Of a stretch of 64,000 bases of DNA, positions 30,301-39,462 are shown piece by piece. The notes beneath the pieces are model-generated. The model did no database searches, was not told the DNA's origin, and was given only the letters and a program-made list of their open reading frames with translations. Location of the stretch: NCBI GenBank assembly GCA_913057775.1, contig CAJXOG010000010.1, forward strand, positions 40,523 through 104,522, given 5' to 3'. The DNA is from an uncultured Fodinibius sp. Lineage in GTDB: Bacteria; Bacteroidota; Rhodothermia; Balneolales; Balneolaceae. Position 1 is the stretch's first letter, and the number at the start of each line of letters is the position of its first letter. The position numbers and the translations under genes were made by a program.

Positions 30301-30858
30301 TTTACCGGAGGATTCCAAAATTCGTTCCAATACAAGAACTTCAGCCTAGCTACGATGATTAGCTTTCAGTCGGGCGGACAATTCTTTAGCTGGTCGCGAA
30401 TGTTGGCCCACAAGACAGGTTTGGCTCCGGCTACGGCAGCTGTCAATGATCGTGGTGCAAATGTTCGTGATCCCCTTGGTGAAGACGGTGGTGTTCATGT
30501 AGAGGGTATTTCAGCCTCTACCGGACAAGAAGTTTCCACCTATGTTGATGCACGCGATTATTACAGAGGTGTACTGGGCGACGATATCTACGAAGATTGG
30601 GTCACCGATGCTTCGTATATCAAGCTAAGCGAAGTTAAATTCGGATATACATTTGGCAACGATCTGATGGATAGATTGCCCATCCGTTCAGCTGAAGTTG
30701 CTGTTTATGCTAAAAATCCGGTTATGATTTGGCAGGCAGCACCAAAAGGCCTGGATCCCTCAGAGCTGTCAACAGGAAGCCAGGATATCACCTGGACAGA
30801 GACTGGACAGTTGAATACCGTCCGCACATTCGGCTTGAACTTAAGCTTAACTTTCTAA
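27301..30858 (+). CDS. SusC/RagA family TonB-linked outer membrane protein with N-terminal STN signalling domain
   Basis: 1185 aa. After the signal peptide comes an STN-like domain (ISVDVENAPIREVLENIVSRADLGIAYNAE...), then a CarboxypepD_reg-like domain (ISGTVTDAETGDPLPGVNVMV), a TonB-box/plug (DDVVVTALGI...), and a C-terminal beta-barrel ending in LSLTF. A GGAGG SD lies 5 nt upstream of the ATG. Confidence 0.9.
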   Translation: MKESLLHILSKSVLWCLAVLLVSPVSQAYTADAQGQYLTSAANESINKSFYSVSKYSDRIPELQGIISVDVENAPIREVLENIVSRADLGIAYNAEMLSLGQPITVNMKNVTVANALQKVLRNTSYEAVISKTREIILRDRPDPPPLVIQFEQEISGTVTDAETGDPLPGVNVMVPNTTVGTSTNESGEYSISAPDEADSLAFSFIGYQRQVVPINGRSTINIQLQSEVQTFGDDVVVTALGITRDERSIGYSSQEVGGDELTYSQDQNVIGALSGKIAGVQISGSSGASMGGTQTIKIRGVNSLSGEGQPLIVVDGTPISNQNFAGSGGADFGNLAQDVNPNDIKSVNVLKGPAASALYGIRGQYGVVMITTKSGAGQRDLSVEFSSSFEVQRAGNFMEYQNKYGAGYSLDFPTLSNGDPYVPTNWDESWGPRMDGTMVREYFSFYPQDPRYGELTPFNPQPDNVKNFFETGFKSNQAISISGGGDDSNYRLSFNDSRTDGVYPNTEHHRNNLGVSAGIDVSEDWRFSTNINYARNSGQRPPQGYGYGSQYFRQWFQRNVSMEELKDYRYDDGTVKHWNIGIPSQGETPSAVYWDNPYFLAYENETTDDRNRVFGDFGVEYNVLPELTLNASLRGDVYVQHIEWKSAVGGTGTSGYTVGKYENREMNYDISAQYVNDWGAFSIDATVGANMYDRDYSFLRQSTVGGLSTPGYYNIAASVDRPDNTSYELEKQIYSAYGLVSLGYDETYFVDLSLRNDKTSTLPEDNNSYWYPSVSGSFVFSELVDWEPLTFGKLRLSYAQAGSDLSPYQTSAVYSIGTVYDGTNTLSVPNNLNNPEIEPSFSHSYEGGVDLNFFGRLKLSFTYYEQQNENQIIPLDISGTSGYNTATINAGLIENRGIEVELSGTPIESRDLVWNSKFNLGRNQNEVVELHPDIDVYTHNSSVYSGTASYMNSYEGEEYGALVGQAYERDEETGKILLDNNNLPIWTDATHNFGSVLPEFTGGFQNSFQYKNFSLATMISFQSGGQFFSWSRMLAHKTGLAPATAAVNDRGANVRDPLGEDGGVHVEGISASTGQEVSTYVDARDYYRGVLGDDIYEDWVTDASYIKLSEVKFGYTFGNDLMDRLPIRSAEVAVYAKNPVMIWQAAPKGLDPSELSTGSQDITWTETGQLNTVRTFGLNLSLTF

Positions 30859-30868
30859 GAGTATAACT

Positions 30869-32251
30869 ATGAAGAAACTAATTTTATCCATAACGGTCAT
30901 TGCATTTCTGGTTAGTAGCTGCGAAATAGCAAGCTTTGATGACGATATAAATACTAATCCGAATTTACCGAGTGAAGCTGAAGCTTCGCAGCTTATTGCT
31001 AATGCGATGCTTTCGCTGCCATCATTGAGCTCTTCACCACAGGGAGAGTACAATGCGCAGTATCTGTCTGAAATCATTTATATTGATGATTCTCTTTATC
31101 CCGAGGGTACAACCAGCTTTTACTGGATGTACCAGGGACCACTGATGAATCTTCAAACAGCCATAGAAAATACAAATAATGCTAATGAAGCGGCTGTTGC
31201 CAAGATTCTTAAAGCCTATTACTTCTGGCACATGACAGATCGATGGGGGGACATCCCTTATTCTGAAGCGTTGAATGGGACAGAAGATTTTACTCCGGCC
31301 TATGATACGCAGCAAGAGATTTATGAAAATCTCTTTGCATTGTTGAAGGAAGCCAGAGATCAGCTCGAAGTAGGTGGCGGACTTTCGAATGATATTATGT
31401 ATGACGGTGATATCGAAAAGTGGAGAAAGTTCGGTAACACCGTTCGCATGTTGATGGCACTTCGTTTATCTGAAAGAGATGCAACATGGGCCGAAGATGA
31501 GTTCACCAATGCCATGGATGATGGAATTATGACATCTAATGATGATAATTTCGTATTCCAACATCTGGCCGATGAAAACAACGAAAACTACTGGTACAAT
31601 CAGATCATACGCCAATCCCGGGTGTGGTGGGCGCTGCCAGTGAGATTAATCGACATGATGGAGCCGAACAATGATCCCAGGCTCTCAGTTTATGGAGAAC
31701 TGGCTGCAAGTACCGGCGATTATACTGGTTTGCCGTATGGTAACCCTAATGATGTTGAGGCCGATGACTACTCACTATTAGGAACGGATATCTACGAGCA
31801 GGATGCCCCTGTTTATCTGGTTACCTATGCACAAGCCAAATTTGCATTAGCTGAGGCGGCTGAGCGTGATTGGACTACAGATACCCCCGCAACACATTAT
31901 AATGAGGCTATTGAAGTTTCTATTATGCAGTGGACGGGTAATAATGCAGGTGTTCAAAGCTATCTAAATGAGCCGGATGTTGTTTATGATCCTGCCAATG
32001 GCATCGAGATGATATCGGAGCAGCGGTATCTGCATCTGTTCATGCATGGATATGAAGCATGGGCCGAATATCGTAGAACCGGATATCCCGATAATATGGT
32101 AAACCCACAAGGCAGAGATATACCGTTGCGACAGGCTTATACCTCTGATGAGGCATTGAACAATACCGATAACTATGAGGAAGCGGTTGATCGTCAGTTT
32201 GGAGGCGATAACTCAATTTACGGTCGCTTATGGTGGGATGTAGAGAATTAA
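30869..32251 (+). CDS. SusD/RagB family nutrient-binding outer membrane lipoprotein
   Basis: 460 aa and starts 10 nt after the susC-like stop. It has the lipobox LVSSC, and the helical/TPR-like composition and size are typical of short SusD-like proteins. Confidence 0.8.
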   Translation: MKKLILSITVIAFLVSSCEIASFDDDINTNPNLPSEAEASQLIANAMLSLPSLSSSPQGEYNAQYLSEIIYIDDSLYPEGTTSFYWMYQGPLMNLQTAIENTNNANEAAVAKILKAYYFWHMTDRWGDIPYSEALNGTEDFTPAYDTQQEIYENLFALLKEARDQLEVGGGLSNDIMYDGDIEKWRKFGNTVRMLMALRLSERDATWAEDEFTNAMDDGIMTSNDDNFVFQHLADENNENYWYNQIIRQSRVWWALPVRLIDMMEPNNDPRLSVYGELAASTGDYTGLPYGNPNDVEADDYSLLGTDIYEQDAPVYLVTYAQAKFALAEAAERDWTTDTPATHYNEAIEVSIMQWTGNNAGVQSYLNEPDVVYDPANGIEMISEQRYLHLFMHGYEAWAEYRRTGYPDNMVNPQGRDIPLRQAYTSDEALNNTDNYEEAVDRQFGGDNSIYGRLWWDVEN

Positions 32252-32306
32252 GCAAATACGAAATAAATATTGCTTACTAATTATTAAACTATACCAATAG
32301 ATTTAC

Positions 32307-32341
32307 AAAAGGCACAGGAGTTAGATTCCCTGTGCCTTTTA
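32307..32341 (+). terminator. rho-independent terminator after the SusC/SusD pair
   Basis: AAAAGGCACAGG-agttagattc-CCTGTGCCTTTT has a GC-rich 8-bp core stem extended by A/T pairs and is followed by a T-run. Confidence 0.8.
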
Positions 32342-32376
32342 TATATCATCAATAATTATCTAAAAGATTTAATGCA

Positions 32377-33561
32377 ATGAAATATCGATTTGTATCAACA
32401 TCACTAATAATTTTTCTGTTTGTCTCTCTGATGGCTTGTGGGCCATCCCAAAAACAGGATATTCAACAGAAAATTACGAACACTTCGCAACACTTTGCAC
32501 CCGACAGCAGGGTGGCATTATTTGATGTAGAAGCAGAATCTAATAATGGGGAATGGGTGCTGAAGGGAGAAACGAATCTTCCGAAAGCCAAAGCCGCATT
32601 GCTCGATTCACTTTCAGCAATGAATATTACGACTGTTGACAGTATCAATGTGCTGCCAGATGATGGGCTTGAGGGAAAGACACTGGGAATTATTAACAAC
32701 TCAGTAGCGAACCTTCGATCGCGCCCTTCCCATCCCGCACAACTCGTAACTCAGGCCACATTGGGTATGCCCGTTAAGGTTCTTAAAAAAGAAGGCAGCT
32801 GGTATTTTATACAGACACCGGATGATTATTTGTCGTGGGTTGATTATGGAGGTATTCATCAAATGAGCCAAAAAGAATATGAAGAGTGGAAATCAGCGGA
32901 TAAAATTATTTATCTCGAAACCAATGGTTATGCATTTGAACAGCCGAATCGCGAATCATTAAAAGTATCTGATTTGGTAAGTGGAAGCATCCTCAAAGTT
33001 ACAGGGACAGAAGGAAATTATTATGAGGTTAGTTATCCCGACGGGCGAACCGGTTTTGTAAGCCGTTCTGAGGCTCGATCTTTTGACGATTGGAAGGCTT
33101 CCGTCCAAGCATCAGAGAATCAACTGGTGCAGGAGGCAAAATCAATGAAAGGGGCACCTTATTTGTGGGGAGGAACATCCTCCAAAGGCATGGATTGCAG
33201 TGGCTTTACCAAGACGATCTATTTTATGAATGGCTGGATTATTCCGCGAGATGCGTCTCAGCAAGTTCATGCAGGTGAATTAGTTGACTCTACCGGTAAC
33301 TTTGAGAATTTGCGACCGGGTGATTTGCTGTTTTTTGGAAGTGAGGCAACCGAAGAACGGGATCGACGTGTTGTGCACGTGGGCATGTGGATTGGTAATG
33401 ACGAATTTATTCATTCTGCAGGCCGGGTTAAGGTGAGCAGTATTGATCCTAAAGCGGAAAACTACGATGAGTATAATCTCAATCGCTATCTTGAATCCCG
33501 TCGATATCTGCAGCATAAAGAGGGTAACATTATTGACGTGGAAGATATGTATGAGATATAA
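32377..33561 (+). CDS. NlpC/P60 (C40) peptidase lipoprotein with SH3b-type N-terminal domains (YkfC-like architecture)
   Basis: 394 aa. It has the lipobox LMACG and SH3b-like segments (GIINNSVANLRSRPS...PVKVLKKEGSWYFIQTPDDYLSWV). The catalytic region is GAPYLWGGTSSKGMDCSGF...HVGMWIGNDEFIHS. Confidence 0.8.
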   Translation: MKYRFVSTSLIIFLFVSLMACGPSQKQDIQQKITNTSQHFAPDSRVALFDVEAESNNGEWVLKGETNLPKAKAALLDSLSAMNITTVDSINVLPDDGLEGKTLGIINNSVANLRSRPSHPAQLVTQATLGMPVKVLKKEGSWYFIQTPDDYLSWVDYGGIHQMSQKEYEEWKSADKIIYLETNGYAFEQPNRESLKVSDLVSGSILKVTGTEGNYYEVSYPDGRTGFVSRSEARSFDDWKASVQASENQLVQEAKSMKGAPYLWGGTSSKGMDCSGFTKTIYFMNGWIIPRDASQQVHAGELVDSTGNFENLRPGDLLFFGSEATEERDRRVVHVGMWIGNDEFIHSAGRVKVSSIDPKAENYDEYNLNRYLESRRYLQHKEGNIIDVEDMYEI

Positions 33562-33633
33562 TTTATATGAGTTTAATCACAAAACGCCTTTGAGAATTTG
33601 TTCCCGAACGCGCTTTTAAATTTTAGGTCGACA

Positions 33634-34530
33634 ATGAAACCACTTGTGCATTTGTCGAAGATAAGTCTTGTCTTAATTCTCGTAATGGCTTGTTCTTCGA
33701 ATCCCGATACAATTGTTGATTTGAAAACTGAAATACGACAGAATCTATCCACTCTTGATGGTCAGTTTGCTGTTGGATTTAAAACAATTGGAACCGATCA
33801 GCAAATATTTATCAACGAGCGAGAGATGTTTCATGCCGCAAGCACGATGAAAACTCCGGTGATGATCGAACTATTCAAGCAGGCTGAGGCCGGTCATTTT
33901 TCGCTGGATGATTCCATTGAAGTCAAAAATGAGTTTCGAAGTATTATCGACAGCAGTCGTTACCAAATGGATATTAATGAGGATAGTGAGGGAGAGCTGT
34001 ATGATTTAATTGGGCAAAGACGACCTATACGCACATTGATTAGTGACATGATTACCATCAGCAGTAACCTGGCTACAAATATCCTTATTGAAAAAGTTGG
34101 TGCGCAGAATGTGACGCAGACCATGCGTTATTATGGGGCTGACAGTATTAAGGTGTTACGTGGTGTGGAAGATATTAAAGCGTTTGAACAAGGTTTAAGC
34201 AACCGCACTACTGCTTTTGATGAAGTAGCTATCTATGAAAAACTGGCCCGTGGCGAGGCAGTCAGCAGGGAGGCATCCGAAGAAATGATTGCTATTCTCA
34301 AGAATCAGAATTTTAACGAGATGATTCCTGCCCAATTGCCCGACGACGTTGAAGTAGCTCACAAAACAGGATGGATTACGGGTGTAAATCACGATGTGGG
34401 GATTGTCGATCTTCCAGATGATCGCCGCTATGTATTGGTACTTTTATCAAAAGAAGCAGAAAGCCGCGATGATGTGCTTGCTACATTTGCAGACATTTCT
34501 CGATCAATTTTTGATTTCGTTACAAAGTAA
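33634..34530 (+). CDS. class A beta-lactamase-fold serine hydrolase, lipoprotein
   Basis: The start is at MKPLVHLSKISLVLILVMACSS (lipobox). Three active-site motifs occur in the correct order: STMK (SxxK), SSN (SxN) and KTGW (KTG). Confidence 0.75.
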   Translation: MKPLVHLSKISLVLILVMACSSNPDTIVDLKTEIRQNLSTLDGQFAVGFKTIGTDQQIFINEREMFHAASTMKTPVMIELFKQAEAGHFSLDDSIEVKNEFRSIIDSSRYQMDINEDSEGELYDLIGQRRPIRTLISDMITISSNLATNILIEKVGAQNVTQTMRYYGADSIKVLRGVEDIKAFEQGLSNRTTAFDEVAIYEKLARGEAVSREASEEMIAILKNQNFNEMIPAQLPDDVEVAHKTGWITGVNHDVGIVDLPDDRRYVLVLLSKEAESRDDVLATFADISRSIFDFVTK

Positions 34531-34546
34531 CTCAAAAAAATATTTA

Positions 34547-35560
34547 ATGATTGATGTGATTCAACTGGGGCTTGGTCCCATAGGGCAACAACTAACTCGC
34601 TATCTTGTAGAACGAAAAGGAATTTCAATTGTTGGGGCGGTTGATCCCGATCCCCAAAAAGTGGGCAAAGATCTGGGTAATTATGCCGAAATTGAAGCGC
34701 TTAGTAGTTCCATTTCATCTGATCTGAATTCGTGTCCAGCCGTTGATCAAGCTGATATTGCAGTCATATCTACAGTATCATCCTTGGAAAAGATGGAAGC
34801 CCAAATTCGAGAGGCTGTAGATTGTGGTTTGGATGTCGTATCAACGTGTGAGGAGCTTTCCCATCCCTGGCAAACGCAGCCCGAGCTGGCCCGACGTATT
34901 GATGACTATTGCAAACAGCAGGGCGTTAGCTGTGTTGGCACTGGTGTTAATCCCGGATTTTTGATGGATTTTCTGCCTTCCGTGCTAACGTCGGTTTGTC
35001 GAGAGGTAAAGCATATTAAAGTAGAGCGCGTGCAAGATGCACGTCCGCGCAGAAAACCATTCCATGATAAGATTGGTGTGGGGCTTACTCAATCGGAATT
35101 TGAAGAGAAAAGAGAAGGAATACGGCATGTGGGGTTGCCGGAATCTGTGTATTTGATTGCTGATGCCATGAATTGGGAGCTGACGAATGTGGATGAAATA
35201 CTAGAATCGATACAGGCTGAAAGTCCAATCCAAACGGAAAGTGGCATGGTAAGCCCTGGAAATGTTGCAGGGGTGCGACAGGTCGCGCGGGGATACCAGA
35301 ATGATCAGGAAGTTATTAGGCTGGTCTTTGAAGCAGCCGTCGGAATAGAAGAATCTCATGATAGTATTTATATAACCGGGGATCCTACATTTAATTCTAC
35401 CGTCGATGGTGGAATAAACGGGGATATCGCAACTTCTGCTATTATAGTGAATGTGATACGATCGATAAGGAGAGCTGCTCCGGGCCTCAAGACCATGCTT
35501 GATATAACAGCTCCTACTTATTTTAGTGGAATTAATGAAAAGGGTTTAGCTAAATATTAA
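34547..35560 (+). CDS. DapB-fold NAD(P)-dependent dehydrogenase (dihydrodipicolinate-reductase-like / amine dehydrogenase family)
   Basis: The start is at MIDVIQLGLGPIGQQLTRYL, a Rossmann GxGxxG-type motif. The track ORF's first 51 codons overlap the preceding gene and were discarded. There is no signal peptide. The family call rests only on the N-terminal fold motif and size. Confidence 0.55.
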   Translation: MIDVIQLGLGPIGQQLTRYLVERKGISIVGAVDPDPQKVGKDLGNYAEIEALSSSISSDLNSCPAVDQADIAVISTVSSLEKMEAQIREAVDCGLDVVSTCEELSHPWQTQPELARRIDDYCKQQGVSCVGTGVNPGFLMDFLPSVLTSVCREVKHIKVERVQDARPRRKPFHDKIGVGLTQSEFEEKREGIRHVGLPESVYLIADAMNWELTNVDEILESIQAESPIQTESGMVSPGNVAGVRQVARGYQNDQEVIRLVFEAAVGIEESHDSIYITGDPTFNSTVDGGINGDIATSAIIVNVIRSIRRAAPGLKTMLDITAPTYFSGINEKGLAKY

Positions 35561-35577
35561 TCTTCAGTTTAAGTAAG

Positions 35578-36951
35578 ATGGGAAAGAAATTATTGGTATC
35601 AATTTTTTTAATAACTTTGTTGGCAGCCGGGTGTCAATCTACAGAGGAAATTACCAGGGAGCAGCCCAAAACAGAGCAAAAGGAAGTAGCTCCGTTGGCA
35701 ACAATGATTGATACCTCTCAGGTTTTTTCGGCAAATCTTACAGGATTTGCCCTCTATGACCCGGATACTGATTCAATGATTCACAGCCAGAACGGGAATC
35801 GCTATTTTACCCCTGCCTCCAACACCAAGCTTTTTACTTTCTATACCGGATTGAAGCTGTTGCCTGACTCCATCAAAGCGCTGGAATACGAAGTGCGCGG
35901 GGACTCACTGATTTTCTGGGGAACGGGTGATCCATCGTTTTTACATCCCGATTTTGGCAATAAGAAGGTCTACGACTTTCTAAAAAAACGGGATGAAGAT
36001 CTCTACTTCTCTGATTCCAATTTTGATGATGAACTGTTGGGGCCGGGATGGTCTTGGAGCGATTATCAACATTATTATCAGACCGAAAAGGTACCGTTTC
36101 CTATCTTTGGCAATATAGCTCGATTTACTATTCAGGAAATTGAACTTCGCAAGATTGCTGAAACGGATAGTGGACTGGCGGTCTCTCCCAAATATTTCCA
36201 GTCATTTGTAGAAGAAAACGAACACCGTGATGATTTTCTTCACCGGGGGATGACAAACAATACGTTTTCCTATAAATCTGAGGCCGATACCAATACTTAT
36301 ACGATTGATAAACCGTTTCATTACAGCCCCGAATTGTTTACTGATATGTTGTCGGATACCCTCGATAAAACAGTTGAATATGTTGAGATCGAGCGTCCGA
36401 AATCTCCCCAAAAAATATATAGCATAAAATCGGATACAGCATATAAGCGGATGCTGCAGCCGAGTGATAATTTTATTGCCGAACAACTGTTACTGGTAAC
36501 GGCTTCTGAGCTGGGGAAGCCCCTGAACTCCAGAACTGTTATCGAAAAAATGAAGGAAGAATATTTGGATATCCTACCCAGAGAACCGCAATGGGTGGAT
36601 GGGTCGGGATTATCGCGCTATAATATGTTTACGCCCGAGTCTATGATTCGCCTCTTGGGAGCTATTGATGATGAATTTGTGGCTGATAAAAAGTTGTTTC
36701 ATTTGCTTCCTGCAGGAGGAGAGCGCGGAACAATAAGTAGTTGGTATGCCCCTCGTGACGACAAAGAAAAACCGTACGTTTTTGCAAAGACAGGCACCCT
36801 AAGCAACAACCATTCACTGAGTGGTTATTTATTGACCAAAAGTGGCAAGAAGCTATATTTTAGTTTTATGAATAATCACTATGTGGGATCTTCTTCCAAC
36901 GTTAAAAAAGAGATGGAAAAGGTACTATGGTATATTCACAAAAACTTCTGA
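35578..36951 (+). CDS. D-alanyl-D-alanine carboxypeptidase/endopeptidase, PBP4 (peptidase S13) family lipoprotein
   Basis: 457 aa. It has the lipobox LAAGC and the motifs SNTK (SxxK), SDN (SxN) and KTGT (KTG), spaced as expected for PBP4-type enzymes. Confidence 0.8.
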   Translation: MGKKLLVSIFLITLLAAGCQSTEEITREQPKTEQKEVAPLATMIDTSQVFSANLTGFALYDPDTDSMIHSQNGNRYFTPASNTKLFTFYTGLKLLPDSIKALEYEVRGDSLIFWGTGDPSFLHPDFGNKKVYDFLKKRDEDLYFSDSNFDDELLGPGWSWSDYQHYYQTEKVPFPIFGNIARFTIQEIELRKIAETDSGLAVSPKYFQSFVEENEHRDDFLHRGMTNNTFSYKSEADTNTYTIDKPFHYSPELFTDMLSDTLDKTVEYVEIERPKSPQKIYSIKSDTAYKRMLQPSDNFIAEQLLLVTASELGKPLNSRTVIEKMKEEYLDILPREPQWVDGSGLSRYNMFTPESMIRLLGAIDDEFVADKKLFHLLPAGGERGTISSWYAPRDDKEKPYVFAKTGTLSNNHSLSGYLLTKSGKKLYFSFMNNHYVGSSSNVKKEMEKVLWYIHKNF

Positions 36952-36979
36952 GTTTAGTATTTATTAAATAAAGAGATGA

Positions 36980-38326
36980 TCAGCTGAATAGTTTTTGATG
37001 AATATCTTTAACAACAGGGAGTACCTGATCTTTACTAACGACAAGATTAAGATTCCCTTTGGACTTACTGTAGGAGATTAAATTTTGTGGTACGTTTTTA
37101 ACCTGGGAAAGAATATCTTCAACCAAGAATTTGTCGCTGTTGCAGCCAACCAGGCTGATAATTCCCTGATTGTTTAATACGTCTACTGATCCATAGCCAT
37201 TAAGTTGTTCAATAGCATCGTCAAGATTAGCACCATTTTCGATACCAATAGAAACAGATGCCTCCGTTGTTGTTACGACGTCAACGGCCAGATGATGCCA
37301 GCGCAGGATATCAAAAACTCCCGCCAAAAATTCGTATCCCATTACCGTTTGTGATGATGTGACTGTAAGTATTGTACAGTTTTCTTTATAGGTGATCGCT
37401 TTAACAGGTCCGCCGTTTGTAGATTCTGTGGAAATACAGGTGCCGGGTTCATCGGGTTCAAAAATATTTTTTACCCAGACGGGGATCTGTTTTTTAGATG
37501 CCGGTTTGGTCGTGGAGGGATGTAATACCTTGGCACCAAAATATGCCAGTTCTGTGGCTTCTTGAAAACTGAGCTGTGAGATTGGTCTTGCCTCAGGTAC
37601 AAAGCGGGGATCACAGGTATAAATGCCACTTACATCAGTCCATATTTCAATAGTTTCAGCATCAAGAGCTGCACCGACAAGACTTGCGGAGTAATCGGAG
37701 CCCTCGAATCCCAGAGTGGTAGTATGGCCGTTTTCATCCATACCATAAAAACCACCCATTACAGGGATCTTGCCCTTTACAACCTGTTCTTTAAGGGATG
37801 CAGCTTGATTGGCTATATAATCTTCATCGGGATTGGCTTGTCCGAAATCAGAGTCAGTGCGAATAATATCGGCAGCATCAATCCACTGGGTAGCGATACC
37901 TGCAGCTGACGCACACTGAGCGAATAAATAGGATGACAACTTTTCTCCGATAGAGGCTACCGCATCCTTTTCTTGCTCAGTCAGTTCCTGCTCATCATTG
38001 ATGGCGTCAAGCTGGGTGTTCAGTTCCTCAATATGTTGATCGATCCAGGTACTACAATTCTCAATTAGGGGCGTCTTATTCTGATGGTCATTTAAAAATT
38101 CTGTGACTAATTTGTTGTGACGCTGTTTGATATCTGCAGCAATACTCCGGGCTTCTTCGATATCATCGAGTGCCGTTGTTGCTGCTTTTATGAGCTCACG
38201 GGTTGTTCGAGCCGTAGCAGAAACAACTACAATAGGAGATTCGTAGCGTGAAATGATATCAATTACTTGTTGCCAGGTTTTGGCATCACTCATTGAAGTA
38301 CCGCCGAATTTGAGAATGTGCATCAA
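36980..38326 (-). CDS. lysC: aspartate kinase
   Basis: 448 aa. It has the N-terminal KFGGTSM, an amino-acid-kinase core (IPVMGGFYG...TTLGFEGSDYSA...IWTDVSGIYTCDPR) and C-terminal ACT-like repeats. Confidence 0.85.
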   Translation of the reverse strand: MMHILKFGGTSMSDAKTWQQVIDIISRYESPIVVVSATARTTRELIKAATTALDDIEEARSIAADIKQRHNKLVTEFLNDHQNKTPLIENCSTWIDQHIEELNTQLDAINDEQELTEQEKDAVASIGEKLSSYLFAQCASAAGIATQWIDAADIIRTDSDFGQANPDEDYIANQAASLKEQVVKGKIPVMGGFYGMDENGHTTTLGFEGSDYSASLVGAALDAETIEIWTDVSGIYTCDPRFVPEARPISQLSFQEATELAYFGAKVLHPSTTKPASKKQIPVWVKNIFEPDEPGTCISTESTNGGPVKAITYKENCTILTVTSSQTVMGYEFLAGVFDILRWHHLAVDVVTTTEASVSIGIENGANLDDAIEQLNGYGSVDVLNNQGIISLVGCNSDKFLVEDILSQVKNVPQNLISYSKSKGNLNLVVSKDQVLPVVKDIHQKLFS

Positions 38327-38403
38327 CCGCTAGTTTTTAGTGATAATTTGATTATGAGCGTAAAAAAATAGGGAAGAGCCGATTTTACAAGCAAAAATTT
38401 AAC

Positions 38404-39462
38404 CTATTGCAGCGTAGATAGTCGTTTGAATCCCTTACTTTCAAGAAGGGATTTTTGAGCATTCAAAAACTCTCTTACTTGGTTGATGGGGATGGCTTGA
38501 GTGATTCCATAATTAATACGAGTTTTTTGTTGTACAAAAACTGAATCGGAATAGGGGCGGGTTATTCGGGTGTAGTTATCGTTTTCGGGACGAGGTACGA
38601 GTATTTGTTCTCTGGTAGCCGTTGATGAGCTTGCCATCCCTACCCATTGGAAAGATTTAAAATTATTGTTGCTGGCTAAAATCAATCCCCCGCTTATACC
38701 CGGATTAAAAGTAGCATCAGTAACAAAAAAACGATCATTATAACTTTCTGAGGAGCTGGCCAATCCCCGGGTAACCATAGGATAGCTTTTGGGAAATCCA
38801 AGCACATAAATCAATGAACCCAATTGTAGAAAATCACTGTTTCCGGCTTTTACTGAGAGGGGATATAAGCCCAAATTTCCTACTTGTTCAAATTCAACGT
38901 TCAATAGGGCTAGGTCGAAACGCTTATTTGTAGCTAAAACTTTGAACGGCTGCAACTCAGAAGAAGTGTATACAAGATTAGTTTGATTCTTTTTAATACT
39001 GATAGATTCAATATAGGTCTCTTCAGGTATATCCGGTCCTTTGTAATAGGTAATCATCGTATCGGGAAAAAAGACCGTATGTTGACAGGTGACCAGCAGT
39101 GAGTTGTTATTATTTTGGTCGAGGATAATAGCAGTACCGCTCGTACTTTCTTCTGAGGATGTTTGTGATGTGGCAATATCTTTTGGATTGTTGGTTTTAA
39201 CATCGGCCAACGTTATGGCTTTGCCGCTAAAGTTAAAGTTGTTGTAAAATCCGGTAGATACAATTCGAACGACTGATTGTTGGGCATTTTTTAATTGAGA
39301 GCTGATATCTCGGTGCGGGAATGCGGAAGTATAGTATTCAGAATATTCTGTTTGAGGCTGCTGATCAGAAGATTCTGTAGAAATAGATTGCTGAGAGCTA
39401 CTACAGAAAGTAAGTGTTAAAGCAATTGTAAATAGCGATGATATTGCTAACCAATTTTTCAT
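38404..39462 (-). CDS. trypsin-like serine peptidase domain lipoprotein
   Basis: 352 aa. It has the lipobox LTFCSS and a candidate triad in canonical order: TCQHTV (His), DLALLNV (Asp) and NPGISGG (Ser). No PDZ domain was seen. Confidence 0.55.
   Translation of the reverse strand: MKNWLAISSLFTIALTLTFCSSSQQSISTESSDQQPQTEYSEYYTSAFPHRDISSQLKNAQQSVVRIVSTGFYNNFNFSGKAITLADVKTNNPKDIATSQTSSEESTSGTAIILDQNNNNSLLVTCQHTVFFPDTMITYYKGPDIPEETYIESISIKKNQTNLVYTSSELQPFKVLATNKRFDLALLNVEFEQVGNLGLYPLSVKAGNSDFLQLGSLIYVLGFPKSYPMVTRGLASSSESYNDRFFVTDATFNPGISGGLILASNNNFKSFQWVGMASSSTATREQILVPRPENDNYTRITRPYSDSVFVQQKTRINYGITQAIPINQVREFLNAQKSLLESKGFKRLSTLQ

Noticed and set aside
34394-34546. N-terminal 51-codon extension of the DapB-fold dehydrogenase ORF
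   Set aside because: It overlaps the 3' end of the preceding serine-hydrolase gene by 137 nt and has an odd composition (MWGLSIFQMIAAMYWYFYQKK...). The Rossmann motif begins right after the internal ATG at 34547.
38327-38403. Possible lysine riboswitch (L-box) upstream of lysC, and likewise upstream of asd (16166..16348)
   Set aside because: The lysC leader is only about 77 nt, far shorter than an L-box. I could not see the conserved L-box helices in either leader.
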